64,000 bases of DNA from the human T2T-CHM13v2.0 reference genome, Homo sapiens (GCF_009914755.1 NC_060939.1), one strand, 5' to 3'. Shown: positions 44,205 to 59,874, counted from the first letter of the stretch. The notes: generated from the sequence alone by a model not told the origin. Translations and numbers: made by a program.

Positions 44205-46069
44205 CAGAGTGCCACGGACTGTGAAGTCCAAAACAATAGGTGGAGGATTTGTTAAAATTACAGACTGTAGCTCTGGGTTCAAACCCTACAGACTTGTAAT
44301 CACAAACGTTTCCATTTTTTATGTATTAGAAACATTTACTGGAAAATAAAATTCAAGCTAGCGATATACAAACATTTAAAATAGCTCTTTAGAAGGACTT
44401 TACAAACTAAAACTATAGTTATACATCTTTCCCTTCAATCTCTTAAGGTTCTTTTTCTCACAAACACCTTCAAAGAAGGTGACTATTGATCCCTCCTAAT
44501 GTTGTTTTAGTGTGAAACCCCTAAGATATCTGGAATGGGTTTGGTGAAAACTTCCAAAGCTCCATTTCAAGCTCTGACCTCTTAGTCTCTCCTTCTCTCA
44601 GCCAGTATAAGAAATAGCGGTGAAGGGAATTGGAAGGATAGTGGTGGTGAAGGCTATGGAGGGAGACCGACTGTCCCAGTTTACCCAACACTGCCCCAGT
44701 GTTAGCACTGAAAGTCCCACACCCAGGGGCACCCCTACTCCCAAGCAGACCAAAAGAAAAATATAGGCTTTCATTTCAGACTTGCTGCTCTAAGACCTTC
44801 ATCTCTTCCCAATAGAAAAAAGCCAAATACTCCCCTATCTGATGAACCCCTCGAATCTCATGTATAAAAACCCTCCTTCGGTGTGAGTCTTTGCTGTGAG
44901 GTTAAGATTGTGCTTTGTATTTTAGGTGGAGGCAGGTATGATGTGTAGTAGATACACAAATGTATAGAGGCTGGTGAAGTTGCAGCGGGGAGCAGGTAGA
45001 CCAGCTGTTTCAGGTAAACAGACAGGTCCTCAAGGAAGTCCCTCAGTTTATCATGCCAACCTCTTTGGACACCTTGAGGCCTCTGATGAGGCTGCTGGTG
45101 GCAGGGAAGCAGGAGAGAATCTGCTCCAGCTGACACAGGATGTGACTCTGGAACAGAGGCTGGAGGCTCCTGGAAGGGATATATTTAGCCCAGCTCTGTT
45201 AATAGCTGACCCCTTGGATTGCCTCAGGAATGTAGCAGGCAGAGTTCTTCATGGTGAAATAAGACGTACAGGCTTACAACTTGAAAAGAAAACTCTTCAA
45301 GGAATGACCTTACAAAGAATGACTCCACAGGGACCAGATGAAAATGTTAATGTTATTTTGTGCATTGCTTTCCTGAGCACTTTATATCCATTATATTCAT
45401 TTCCTGTATTCTTTCATGTAATTGGTACAACCATAATTTAGCTTTTCTTCAGGGCAAGAGTTCTTTGTCAAGTTCATGTTCTCGGGCAGAGTCCTAACAA
45501 ATCCTGCAGGTATACTACACCTGGTACCTGCCGACGCCTATTGAGGAGGAAAGCCACAGGATGTGGTAACATTCTCAAAAACAGAGATCTAGTTAGAATT
45601 ACCTCCAAATCCTGCAAAGAATGAAACGGAGATGCTGACCATGGGAGCAATGTCCCACTGGGATGGCAGGGAGATCTCACGTGGTGCCTACCAGGGAGGG
45701 GGGTGGGGGGCGGAGTTGGGGGCGGGGGGAGCACGGGAGTTCCGAGTGCTGAAGACTGCAATGGGAACAGACAAGGAACAAGGCGACACAATGGCACAAA
45801 CAATGCTAGAACAAGACATTTATTTATTGAATCTGAAGCAGGAGAACTGAAGACAGCTGAGAAATATGGTTGAGTTCCTAACTCGACAATGAATAAGCAG
45901 ACTGTAATTTACAATTGCATGGGTGTTAGGCTGCCATGTGTTATGTAAATAGCTGTGGGTCCCTTTAAGAACAGAAATCCAGTGAGGACAAGGCCCTTTT
46001 GTGATACAGACTGGCTCTCCTGACTCAGACCTATCTTGTTTTGCAGGGAATAAAAGGAAGCCCACTTGG

Positions 46070-46260
46070 ATAGAGCTGCCAGATAAACTAGAGGACACCC
46101 AGTTAAGTTTAAATGTCAGGTAAACAACAAACAAAATATATTTTTAATATAAGTGGGTCCCAAATATTGCATAGGACCTACTTATACTAAACATGTTATG
46201 TGTTGTTTATCTGAAATTCAAATTTAACTGGGCATCCTATTTGCCAAATCTGTAACCCTA
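46070..46260. mobile_element. MER53 hAT MITE
   Basis: tagagctgccagataaa...cccagttaagtttaaat...tgaaattcaaatttaactgggc...atctgtaacccta with internal inverted symmetry. Confidence 0.8.
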
Positions 46261-47001
46261 CACCTGGGATCAAAAAGGAAAAGATAATGAGAGGGGAAGG
46301 GAAGCATTGCCATTAAGGCAAAGGAACAGGCACTTGGAGCAACATCAGAAATGCCCAAGAATAGAGGAGAAGCTCAAACAGTCAGAGAGCGTAGGGGCAT
46401 GGAGAAGAAATGCTGGCCTCAGTAGCAAAAGCTCCCAAGAACCCCTCCAAATAGCTTCAAAGTTTTTCAGCTCACCTTGTTCCTGTTTGAGTGAATGGCC
46501 AGGTATTGAAAATTATTTTATTGGCCTTGTTGGGGCATATAACATTCTTTTTTAAATAGTAGAAGGCTGGACTTTCAAACTTAACTGGGCATTCCTGGCA
46601 AAATTCGTCTGATTAAAGACCCACTCAAATGAAGTCAAAGTGGGCTGGCTGGTGGGCTGGGAGAGGGTAGAGAGGTGGAGTTATAAATCCAGAAGGATGA
46701 AGAGAACAGGAGAGGATGTAGAAAGCAGACCCTGATGGAATTCTGGAAGTGGGAGAGCAGATAGGTGGAAAGGAGACCACCACTCTCCAAGGAGAGCCTA
46801 CCGAGCTGGCAGGGACTTGAGCTCAGAGGGGCCAGGCACCCAGATGAAAGGAGAGTGGCATTTATCTTGAGGTCCTTGTGCTAAAGAGTAGAAACCAGCA
46901 GCCCCCACTCCCTTCACCAGTGGCCGACTGTGAGTCCCTTGGTGAGGAGACTAGAGAGTTGTTCTCTGCAGAAACTGGAAGGTAGAGAGGCTTCAGTCTT
47001 G

Positions 47002-47360
47002 GGAACTCCAGGTATAGCAGAGCACAGAAGCAAGTCAGGTGGGCTGAAAACATTAGGAGCGATGGGATTGAACACGGGCAACTTCCTCTGCCCTGAACAC
47101 ACACTGAAGGCTCCAGCCCAGCCCCAGGCAGGGGAGAGGAAGGTTCCTCCCCAGAGAAAGGGAATGGCTGCAGAGAAGGAGCTGGAACTCCAGCTATAGC
47201 AGAGCACAGAAGCAAATCGGATGAGCTGAAAGAGTAGGAGCGATGGGATGGAACACAGGCAACTTCCTCTGCCCTGAATACACACTGAGGGCTCCAGCTC
47301 CGCCCCAGGCAGGGGAGAGGAAGGTTCCTCCCCAGAGAAAGAAAATGCCCACAGAGAAGG
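47002..47360. repeat. Tandem duplication, about 182-bp unit x2
   Basis: ggaactccag.tatagcagagcacagaagcaa...ccccaggcaggggagaggaaggttcctccccagagaaag at 47002 and 47184. Confidence 0.92.
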
Positions 47361-47944
47361 GGCTTCCACATATCGCCCTCACCCCAATACACAAAAATAA
47401 CTCACAGAGCTTCCAATCAGTTTATTTCTGCCACAATCTTAAATATAAACAAACAACCAAGGATCATCAGCCATTGGAGGGAACTTCCCACCCTCCTCTA
47501 GAAGCCCCCCAACCAAAGGACCAAAAGAAGAAAAAAAAGTAAATGAATAGATGAAAGTGTCAGATACAGAGGGTGGACTTTAAAACTTCTACTTAATAAC
47601 CCCAAACATATGAGACTATATTAGATATTCTTTCTCCCCAAAAAAGAACAGAATATGATTAAAATGAAACAATTAGAGAACAAAGTAATCTTGGCAGCTT
47701 TAAGCATGATACCAAAATAAAAATTCAATAGAGGACTTAGAATATAAAGAAGATAGTATCTCTTGCAAAATGGAACAAAAACACGAAGATATGGAAAATC
47801 TAACAGAAAATATAAAAGACATAGAGAATTCAGGAAGACCAATTTTCACATAATAGATATTTCAGAAAATGGAGTTGAGAAAACAGAGGGAATGAAAGTA
47901 TCAAAAATTGATATTGAAAAATTAACAGAACTGAATAATAATAG

Positions 47945-48200
47945 CTAACGTTTATTGAGTGTTCACCGTGTGTTTTAGAAGTATTAACTAACTTAATCTT
48001 CCTGATAATCCTGTGAGGTAGCTCCTATTATAGATAAGGAAACTGAAGTACATTTCATCACCAGAAATACCTTTATTATTTTGTCTCCATGCCCCTCAGT
48101 GAAGGAAGCAATGCCATAAGACAATAATGAGGTTGAGTAACTTGTCCAGTGCCTTCCAGCCAGCAGGGCCAGGACCAGGATTCAAAACCAGAGTCCAGCT
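47945..48200 (-). mobile_element. MIR SINE interrupted by an 82-bp insertion
   Basis: agataaggaaactgaagt [48050-48131] gttgagtaacttgtcc...ccaggattcaaaaccag. Confidence 0.75.
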
Positions 48201-50886
48201 CAGGAGCTCAAGCTCTGGGACTCACTGTGTCTTAGTCTGGATTTCCTACAAACCAAACCCAAAGACTAAATTTTTCTTGCTAACTCTTCACTGGGGAACG
48301 CAATCCCCAAAAAGCAAGAATGATGGAAAGGAGGGAACAAGGCAGGGAAGGAGGGGGAACAAATATAAGAGAGGGTGCTCCCAAGCTGGCCATGGATTTG
48401 TAATGAGTAAAGATGTTTGCTTTTCAGTCTCTTAACGATCCAACTGAGAGCAAATAGGAAAATTTATCTGCTGGTTCCCATTTCCAATGGTCGGACTTGC
48501 CCCATAAGATTTTATCCTTCCTCCCCTATGCTTCTTGGCTGCTCCATCTGGCTCTTCCAGAAGCCATCAAGGAAGCCAGATCCCACTGCAGCAGCAGCAG
48601 CAATGGCAGCCAGCAAGTGTGCATGGGCCAGTGGCACACCCACAAGCTTGCACAGCTGCCTGCAGTGTCTCAGACCCTGCTCAGAAAGCCATCAGGCAAG
48701 TGCAGGTGCTGGGTGCACCCACAGTCTCATGCCTTAGTGGGAACAGGGAAGTCCTAGGGAAGGAAGTGAATGACAGTTGCATGAGGTATGACACAGGTCC
48801 TGTTGAATCATGCCTTCATGTGAGTGGCACGAAGGATTGGAGCAGCTGCCATGGTGGGCCTGGCCAGCCAAGAAAGCAGTGCTCCACACTGGTGATGACA
48901 GAGTCAGAACTCAACAAAGGTCAAAAGTCCCCTCTGCAGCCTTTAAGAGTGTGGTTGGGGCCAAGTGGTTTTCCTGGGGGGCCATCAGTGAATGGCAGCC
49001 AGTCCAATCAGGGGGACACATGGTTGGGTACGGCACTCTGCTATGCTGATTCTGCAGAACTGAATGCTGACAATGACTATCTCAATACAGCATTTGCCAC
49101 TATGTGCCAGGCACTACTCTAAATGCTGCATGTATATTATTTGTTTTAATCCTCATAGCAATGTCATGAGGTTCCTCGGGATTTCCCAGACAAAAAAACT
49201 AGCCCAGAGAGGGTTAGTAAGTTAATCAGTGCCATAGCTGCTATATGGTGGAGTCAGATTTTGAATCTGGGCCATCCAACTCTGGTGTCAGTACATTTCA
49301 CTATCAAAAGCCTACTGACCTGTTGTTGAATGGTCAACAAACAAATTAAGAAAGACCTCCCAAGAGGTGAAAATTTGGAACATCGGGAATAAAAAGATGA
49401 TTCTAAAAGCTTCAAAGGGAACAAATCAATAGAATTAGAATCAGAATAGTGTTTGTGGTCTGAACTACAACATAAAAGCCAGGCAACAATGAGGCAATGC
49501 CTTCAAAATGTTAAAGAAGATAATTTTTCAGCCTAGAATTTTACAACAAGGCAAATTGAATCAAGTATGAAAACAGAATGGACATTTGCAGACTTGTTTA
49601 GACTCAGATAATTGACGTTCCTTTCTTAAAAGTGCCTGGAGGATATGCATCTTGGTTACAAGGAAATAATCAAGGAAAAAGAAAACATGGCATCCCAGAA
49701 ACCTAAATCCAACCTAGAAAAGCTATTGAGAGAAGATCCCAAGTTAATCCCAAGTGTGGCAGAACTAGAGAGCCACTAATCCTCACTGGTGCAGAAGAGA
49801 TAGTGCTTCACGAAGGAGTGTCCAGGAAAAAGTAGACCCACAATAGAAAGGGTGATGCAATAGGTGATATGATGAAGCTTCTGGAAAGAAGATGCAATCA
49901 GGCAATTATTAACTCAAGGAATGACCAAAGCCTATTCAAGAAAAAATATGGAATCCCAGTATTCTAATGGGTTCCGGAGTGAACAATACAATACTTACAT
50001 TGTCATAATGGTTTAAAGACCTATGATTGATATAACTTAAAGTGTGGTAAAATTTGGGTGAGAGGCTGAAGAGAGGTGGAGATATTAAATCTTCATCTCT
50101 GATAACATTTGTAAGTTTAAATACTGCAATATACCCACGTATTTAAATGCACACGTAACTCAGAGAAACCAGCTAAAAATTCAAAGCATGTCCCTTAGCA
50201 AAGAACCAGCAGCCGGTGTGGGTTTGTTCAGGGAACTACTGCTTTGTATTATAAGCTTTTTAACACTGTTTGATTTCTTAATTACGTAAATAATTACCTC
50301 AATTTTTAAAAAATATAAAACTCCTCTGTTCTAAAAAGAGCAAGCCTGCAAGAGAAGTTAATGCAATTGAAAGCACAGCCTCATGAACCCCCTAAGTTTC
50401 CCTTGTAGTTCACCTCCTTGGCACAGACCAACCCTTCATGAACTCCCCTCCCTTGACTCACTCATGTCTTTGGTTTGTGCTCTGTCTTTGGCTTTGAGCA
50501 GCTGGTATCCTTTCATTTCCCATTCTGACATCCGCCTTCCATACAAGGTCCCAATTCACCTTTTGTCTTGAACCTTGATAGCTCAACTTTTTTCTTTCAC
50601 CCTGCCTTTTTCCCCAACTTCTAAGACAAGTGACTCAGAAATGTGGCTTTAAGCAAACAATTATACGAAATATAATCTGTTGTAACTACTAATTTATCTC
50701 TGTGACTTTGGCCAAATCACCTCACTTCTCATAGTTTCCTTGTCTATGAAGTAAGAGATTAAATCTCGATGATCCTAAATCTTCCATCTCCACTGTTCTG
50801 TGATTTATATTTGGATCTTAAGGCTGAGTTGGCAAAGGTCTATAGGAATAATCATAAAGGAAGTGATGCCATCTATTCTATGATTA

Positions 50887-51351
<465 letters not shown>

Positions 51352-52489
51352 TTAGTCAGTCCTGATCAAGCTTCTTTTATGAACTTTTTTATGAGAGGGA
51401 TATTCAAATCCAGATTAAAATAATGGCTCCAGTGACCTTGTAACACAAAGAAGGGAGTTTGGTTTTAAATTGCCTAAACTCTTAGGTGAGATAAAAGGTA
51501 ACTGGAGATAGACAAAGGCAGAGGCTTCCATTAGATGGGCCCAAACGACAAAAGAATAAAATAAGAGCCCAAAGATGCCCAGCCATCCCTAATTAAGGAA
51601 AAAGGATACTGCGCTGTTACAGGCAAAAGCATTTTTCCTTTCTTCCAAGGTACAGAACACCAAATTGTGTGAACTAATCCACTTGCCAAGTGGATCTTAG
51701 GACCAAAAGAGAAATGATGGTATGCATTTATAATTACTAACAGGTAAATTACAAATGGCAGGTTTAATATACCTTCTAGAGTTAGGGAGAAAAATCTTAT
51801 TAGATATATGAGAGCCCAGGGTCATGTCACTAAGTAGATTAGACTTGATGGAACCTGCTGATTATGTCCCAGCAAGATACAGCGGGATCCAGGGAGGTCA
51901 GTTCTTTGAAGTATTAATAGCCTGTAAGTCTTTCACAAATATAAGAGATTAAGCAAATATGGTCAATCTCAAAGTAGCACCCAAATACACACAAACACAC
52001 ACACACACACACACGTTCTGAGAAACAGAAGGTAAACAATGCCAAGAAAGGAGAAATCACTAGGGATTCCCAGTCCTTTCCTATAAGTGAATTGACTTTT
52101 TAAAATATAGATAACTCCATCCCCACTAACAAACTCATTATTGTCTTATGGCATTGCTTCCTTCACTGAGGGGCATGGAGACAAAATAATAAAGGTATTT
52201 CTGGTGATGAAATGTTTTCCACCATTTATGTATTCAATACACATTGATTGAATAATAGAGAATATATACTGAACCCTCCCACTGTGCCTGGGACGTCATT
52301 CAGGGCCTTCCATATATTGTCTCATCTTATCCATATAACATCCCTGTCTGGGATTATACATTGATAATCTGAGGGGGGCCTGGAAATATTCATGAAAAGG
52401 GGGCAGGCATTTAAAGTTGTGTAATAGGGTGAGTAATTACAAATAAAGACTACTTCATATTAGTCATGGTGTTCAAAATATTTAAACAC

Positions 52490-52893
52490 TGATATAGTTT
52501 GGATCTGTGTCCCCACCAAATCTCATGTCGAATTGTAATCTCCAGTGTTTGAAGTGGGACCTGGTGGGAGGTGACTGGATCACAGGGGTGGAGTTCTCAT
52601 GAATGTTTTTGCACCATTACCCCAGAGCTGTCTAAGTGAGTGCGTGAGTTACCACGCGATCTGGTTGTTTAAAAGTGTGTAGCACCTCACTCCTCCTCTC
52701 TTCCTCCTGCTCCAGCCTTGTAAGACATGCCTGCTTCCCTTTCGTCTTCGGCCATGATTTTAACTTTCCTGAGGCCTCCCCAGAAGCAGAAGCCACTATG
52801 CTTCTGGTACGGCCTGTAGAACCATGAGCCAGTGAAACCTCTTTTCTTTATAAGTTACCCAGTCTCAGGTATTTCTTTATAGCAGTGGATAAC
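52490..52893 (+). mobile_element. MSTB-like MaLR LTR
   Basis: tgatatagtttggatctgtgtccccaccaaatctcatg...cccagtctcaggtatttctttatagcag. Confidence 0.88.
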
Positions 52894-53313
52894 ATGAGCA
52901 CTGACCAATCCATAAACAGGTGCCAGCCTCAGTCCTAGCAGGTCATCCCAGCATATCTGTTCAACCCAGAATTAGCATCTTTGCCCCTCTCCCATCCAGG
53001 AAAGAGAGCCCGGCACTGTGGAACAAAACAGATTTTATATTCTGGGCCCACTGAAGAGGACTCGCCTCTTCAACTTCAGTAGAGGTCTAGAAGTTTGATG
53101 GGCTACCTGGGCCCCTGGTGGGCTGCCTGTCAGAGAAACTCAAGGAAGACACCCTGTTCAAAAGACCTATTATAAACTTGCCTACAGATTTTTCAAGTTG
53201 AGTAGTAAGCAGAATTCAGAGGCTCCTTCATCTCCCTGGCCTTAGAGGCCTGTGTGCCCACCAAAGAAGTTGTGAATGTCTACCAGAAGTTGGTCTTGGT
53301 ACGTGATGTTTCT

Positions 53314-53314
<1 letters not shown>

Positions 53315-53355
<41 letters not shown>
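53315..53355. repeat. (TG)n microsatellite
   Basis: Direct reading. Confidence 0.95.
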
Positions 53356-53359
<4 letters not shown>

Positions 53360-53613
53360 GGTAAGTGGGTGGAGGGTGGGGGAGTGGAAGAAGTTCTCCA
53401 CAAGCTCAAAAATATCTTTGAAGTCTCAAATTTTATCTTTAAAAGTCAGGCTAAATTTCAATTCTTCCCCATAATAGATCACTCCTTATTTTAATACAAT
53501 AATTCCCTCCCAAAACATTGAGTAAATCTATGCTCCACAGTGAGGCTCCATGATTATCTAAAAGCTTAGGGAACCCCAACTCAGATGCACAACTGGTACC
53601 CCAAGTGTACTTG

Positions 53614-54439
<826 letters not shown>

Positions 54440-55419
54440 ACTTGTCCCCCAAACGAGAAGCAGGACTGGTGGAAAGAGCACTGTGTGAGGAGTGAGGCTG
54501 TGCCCTGCGTGCTCACAGCACCTGGGGAGCCGAGGAGGCTCAGCACATGTCAGATGAGAAAATGAATGAATGAATGAATGAACGAACGAACAAACAAAGA
54601 GCTGGTGACTCCTAGTGGAATACCAGTTTCTAGGAGTCCTACTTATGTCCGTCCTGGCCTGCAGCATGTGAGCCATTTTGCTCACACTCATGGCACAAGC
54701 CAAACACGTATACTCAGGACAGACTTTCAGGACAGACCCCGAAGATACAAAAGGACAAACCTAGCAGGAATAATTGATCACTTGGGAAAAAGGAACCTGA
54801 ACCCAGGAGACAAAGCAACTGACAAGAGGGGAATTCTATATGTAAAACTATTAGACATGGGTGTTAAACATCCCCACTGTCTGTGGCAGGAGAATAAATC
54901 ATGTTGCCAGCAGCAATTTGCAGGCAAGGGAAGGTTAAGGAGAATAGAACAGGAGAGCCGGAAAACACAGAGGAGCCTCTCAGGTAGGAAGGGGACCTCA
55001 CACCACCTTGGCCAGGACCCTTGCAATCTGGAGAGGGACACACACCAGATATCCTGAAGGCTGTACGGTGACCCGGTTCAAAACAAAATGATGAGAAGGC
55101 TTAAGAGAGGGCAAGGGAGGTCTCTCCTCTCAGAGTGCTCGGTGTGCCTGGGAAGTGATAGGAGAGAATGTGTCCCCATTCAAATTCAAGTATGTGACAG
55201 CTACATAATGGCATGCCATTTTTTACCCTGATGTGCCATAATATTTGAATTTTTGTGTGCTTCAAACATGAAGAAGGTAGCATTTATGTATTTGTGTACT
55301 TTCAAAGTAACATAAGAAACAACCTATAACATGATGGGAAGGATTTGTAATCTACTCTGATTCCTCAGCAAGGGCATGTATATGTATGTGGATTTCAGAG
55401 TCTAAAAAACTGGGTCAAC

Positions 55420-55685
55420 TTACATAAAATGTCCAGAATAGGCAAGTCCATCCACAGAGACAAAAAGTAGATTGGTGTTTACCTAGGGCTGAGAGGGAGG
55501 GATTAGGGGAAATGGGGAGTGATCGCAAATAGGTATTGGATTTCTTTAATGGGTGATGAAAATTTTCTAAAATTCATTGTGATGATAGTTGCACAACTCT
55601 GAAAATACTAAAAACCACTGAATAATACACATTAGATGGGTGAGTTATATGGTATGTGAAATATATCTTAATAAAACTGTTAAAC
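55420..55685 (+). mobile_element. L1M 3' end fragment
   Basis: aaatgtccagaataggcaagtcc...gatagttgcacaactctg...tatatcttaataaaactgtt. Confidence 0.8.
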
Positions 55686-55689
55686 CCTG

Positions 55690-55890
55690 AATCAGTGCTC
55701 TACCTCTGTCACTGAATAGTTGTATGCCCCTGAGAAAGTTACTGACTCTTACCTCTGTTTCCTCATCTGTAAAATGGGGATGAGATGATGGGACTACCCA
55801 TCTTATGTAAGTGATGGGGCTTCTGAATGAGACCATATCTTTGAGAGGGCCTAGCGCAATGCCCTGTATGTGGCAGAAATGTGGTCAATG
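55690..55890 (+). mobile_element. MIR SINE
   Basis: cctctgtttcctcatctgtaaaatgggga core. Confidence 0.8.
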
Positions 55891-57177
55891 TCAGCTCTCT
55901 GTCCATTTGTCCCAACGTAACAAATGAATGAATACATTTGAATAGTAAAGTTTAGATTGGGTTCCCCATCAAGGACCCTCAGAGAGCCTAGAAAATAATC
56001 ATAGGATTTCTCTGGCCACCTAAAGTTACACAGTTGCTAGAGATCAGGCCGCTCCAAACTGGTAAAAATATCAAGTTTCTTTGCAGGAATCAGATTAACA
56101 CAACATGAATATTTGCTGACTGCAAGTTCAGTTTGGACAATGTATAAGTCTTCGGTCAGTTAATCCATTATTACTTGGTAAGTACTGCTTATTTGAAAGA
56201 CAAAAATCTTGCAAAACAAGGAGTCCATGGAGTACACTCATGAAAGGGTGTTTCGTGGTGACAGGGTAGAGAACCACCAAACCAGGTGCCTCTGAGCTCC
56301 TTCCAGCTCTATTGTTTTGGTTGAGTTTTGGAAGATGGGTGTTTGCCACAGACAGGGAAATAGCAGCACAAGTGACAGCTTGGAACATGAGAGGCCAGGC
56401 ATGTTTGGGGAAGAGAAGAGAGTTCCATGGCTCCTTTCTGGCTCCTTCTCAACTGCTTAGACCTGACTCTGGCGCAGGATCCATGCATTTTAAAAGCTAC
56501 TCAAAGGTAATCCTGCTCCTATTCCTGTCACTAAGCTTGCCTTTTGTTTGGTGACACTGCTGGGGTCAAAGCCATGGTCCTACTCATTGTTATTCCAACA
56601 CAAACGGAGGCTTAATGTGACTTGTCCTAAATCAACTCTTACAAAGCACTCTGAGGCTCCTAGCATCTGCCAGCCTCCGCATCTGAGCCAATTGCTGGGC
56701 AGAAGGAAGAGCCACCTGGGACGTTACTTCCAGGTGGATCCAATTCTGCTTAGGGCACTCATTGCGCGCACACAGCACAGTGGACACTAGCACCTTCCTG
56801 GACTTGGGAGCTGCTGCCTTTGTCTAATGTGCCAGCTCTCAGAGAAAGACTTCTGCCTACAGAAGTTTAAAGTAAGAAAAGGGCTTGCCCAGGAGTGTTG
56901 GAGAAGGCCCAACAGCTGTCTTCCGAGAGGCTTCCCAGGGTGACAGCTCTTCATTTAACGACTTGACCATGATCCATGGTCTGACCTTTGGTCTGAGTGT
57001 AGACACAAAGAGAGCAGCCAACCAAGGTCAGGTGGCTGAGGCATAAAGCCATTCTCCTCCTGAAGATGGATCTGGGAGGAAAGCCGGCTGGCTGTGGAAT
57101 GTTAGTTTGTGGTCCTGGATCTGAACAGAGGGTGGTTATGTAGGTGAAATGTGGCAATTATTAAGATTGCCTGGGTC

Positions 57178-57512
<335 letters not shown>

Positions 57513-57911
57513 CTACAGCTGGGCCTGACAGTGGCAGGTTGGGAACCCTTAAGAGACGGTGGTTAACATTCTCCCATTCCACCAGCAGCCAAGACAAAGT
57601 TCAGGTGGACATTCTGATGGACACTGCCTATTTTTGTCTCAGGGCCTCTCCTTTTCCTTAGTTTTCATGATGACCATGTCTCTGTGATTGACAGCACCTA
57701 TTATTAAATGTATTAAAATATTCAATGGAGTTAGTAAAATCCGTGCGGGGCCAAGCTGTCTGTCTTAGATTTTGCTTCTATCTGCTGGGATCTGGTTGGA
57801 CCCTCAGAGGATGATCTTATCTTCCCATTGTTTGAGGCTGTCTCATTGCAGTTTCTGAGTATTAAGTGTAGCTGACTAACCTTCACTGCCTACAGAAGGT
57901 CAAAATGCCCA

Positions 57912-58105
57912 CAATGTGCCAGGTACTATGCTAAGTATTTGGCAAATACTAATTCATTTTATCCCCATAAAACCCCATGAAGAGTGATCAGTTATTATCA
58001 CCATTTACAAGTGAGGAAACTGAGGCACTGAAAGGGTCAGTAACTTGCCAAAGAGCATGAAGCTAGGAAGTGGACAAGGCAGTATCCAAACCCAGGTAGT
58101 CCAGT
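57912..58105 (-). mobile_element. MIR SINE
   Basis: atgtgccaggtactatgctaag...gaggaaactgaggcac...taacttgcc. Confidence 0.8.
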
Positions 58106-58844
58106 GCCAAGGCCAACACCTCCAACCAGTGTGTCTCAAGTCGTAATAACAATCACCGTTGCAAAGGTCTTCCCCAAGAAACAGAAAATTACCTGGATTC
58201 CAGAGATAACAGATGACGTTTATTGGAGATTCGATAATCTAATTGGGTCAAGGGAAAATGTTGAGTTGATCTTTCTGATTAAGTAGCTGCTGACCTAGAA
58301 AGAAGAGGGAGGTGTAGCCGAGCCCGTTGTCCTCCAGTGCCCTCCCCTCCCCTCCTGTCTGGTTTGATTCCCTGCTATTACAGTCACTCCCTTAACTTGC
58401 TGTCTTATTTATTCAGTGCACTTGAACTGAGTACTTTCCACATAACCGACGCTAGGGACACCGCAGGACATAGTTGCTGCCTCTGAGGAGCTCCCAAATT
58501 TGGTAAGAAGTCACCATTTGTTTTCACCTATATTGTCTAGTTAATCCTCAGAACCACCCCATGAAGTAAACAAGGTGAGAACAGATATACTCATTTTATG
58601 ACGGGGCACACTGAGGCACCAAGGAGCTCATTGTTCTGCCCCATGTCTCCAACAATCACACTCATTAGAATTCCACCTGAAGCACTGTTTTGAGTATTCT
58701 GTCTTCTTGCCTCCACACTTACGAAATATACCTACATGGCCAATCTGTTAAAAGTTTCCACTAGTCATCAATGAAATGAGAAAAAAAAATGATGATGGGA
58801 AAGTTTTTTCATTAAACTAAATTTTTTCTAATTAAAGAACCATT

Positions 58845-59070
58845 TTTCTTTTTTTTTCTTTTTTTATTATACTTTAAGTTTTAGGGTACATGTGCACAAC
58901 GTGCAGGTTAGTTACATATGTATACATGTGCCATGTTGGTGTGCTGCACCCATTAACTCATCATTTAACATTAGGTATATCTCCTAATGCTATCCCTCCT
59001 CGCTCCCCCCACCCCACAACCGGCCCTGGTGTGTGATGTTCCCTTTCCTGTGTCCATGTGTTCTCATTGT
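58845..59070 (-). mobile_element. Short 5'-truncated L1PA (about L1PA3/4) 3' end
   Basis: ttattatactttaagttttagggtacatgtgcacaacgtgcagg...tgtgttctcattgt. Confidence 0.92.
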
Positions 59071-59723
59071 AAAGAATGACTTTTCTATTCTGAAATTATG
59101 TCCTTCCTTCTTTTTGGTATTAAAATGCTCCTTTTTTAAATCGTAGTTTTTTTTTTTTTCTTTTTACTGCACTTATACGGCAACACAAAATATTGGTGAT
59201 TCTGCTGATTCCCAGACCTGTTTGCTGGTCTTTGAATCACTGCCGTAGATGCACATGATCCCTGAGAGGGACAGAAAGGCTATCCCATCATTCAGGGGCA
59301 TAGGCGAGGCACTCTTACTATTTGCAGCACCCAAGGTGTCTGAGACCATGGCCTTGATGGGGAAGACAGGGACTCTTTGAGGAGCCTTGGATTGAGAAAA
59401 ACAAGGAGCAGTGACATGCTGCGATCCCTTCACTCTGACTTACACGAGACCCAGGACTCTCCATAGCCATGGCAACTAGCCCAAAATGACAAGGCTGATT
59501 AATTCCACAAGTGCATTATTCACGTGTCACCAAATATTGACTCTTATCAACCTCCTTCCCCCAGCCATCTGTCCTCGTGTGTCAAATCAAAATAAATCAA
59601 CAAACAAAAAGTGGCAGGCAGATGCCACCCCAGGGATGCTGCAATTGCACAGTCCCCAGGGCTAGTCTGAGTTCTAAGTGGCTCTTTCATTTCCCCATCT
59701 CCCTTCTTCCCCAGATGACTGGG

Positions 59724-59775
59724 AGTGTGCACACATGCGTGTGTGCGTGCACGCACACACACACACACACACACA
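59724..59775. repeat. Mixed (TG/CG)n-(CA)n alternating purine-pyrimidine tract
   Basis: gtgtgcacacatgcgtgtgtgcgtgcacgcacacac... Confidence 0.85.
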
Positions 59776-59874
59776 GGTTTTAGATGGCAATGCTATGGGT
59801 ATGTGAGAGGGAAACAGTTGGGGTTGAGGGCTGCTGGGATGGAAACGATTTAAAACATCCTAGGAAGTGATAAT

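Noticed and set aside
46862-47392. 176-aa ORF with an internal repeat
   Set aside because: By-product of the 182-bp tandem duplication.
48535-49122. 195-aa ORF with a short poly-Q
   Set aside because: Non-ATG start, no recognisable domain, overlapped by similar ORFs in other frames; appears to lie partly in old LTR-like sequence.
54578-55057. 159-aa ORF
   Set aside because: Starts in a (GAAT)n L2-type tail; no homology or splice support recognised.
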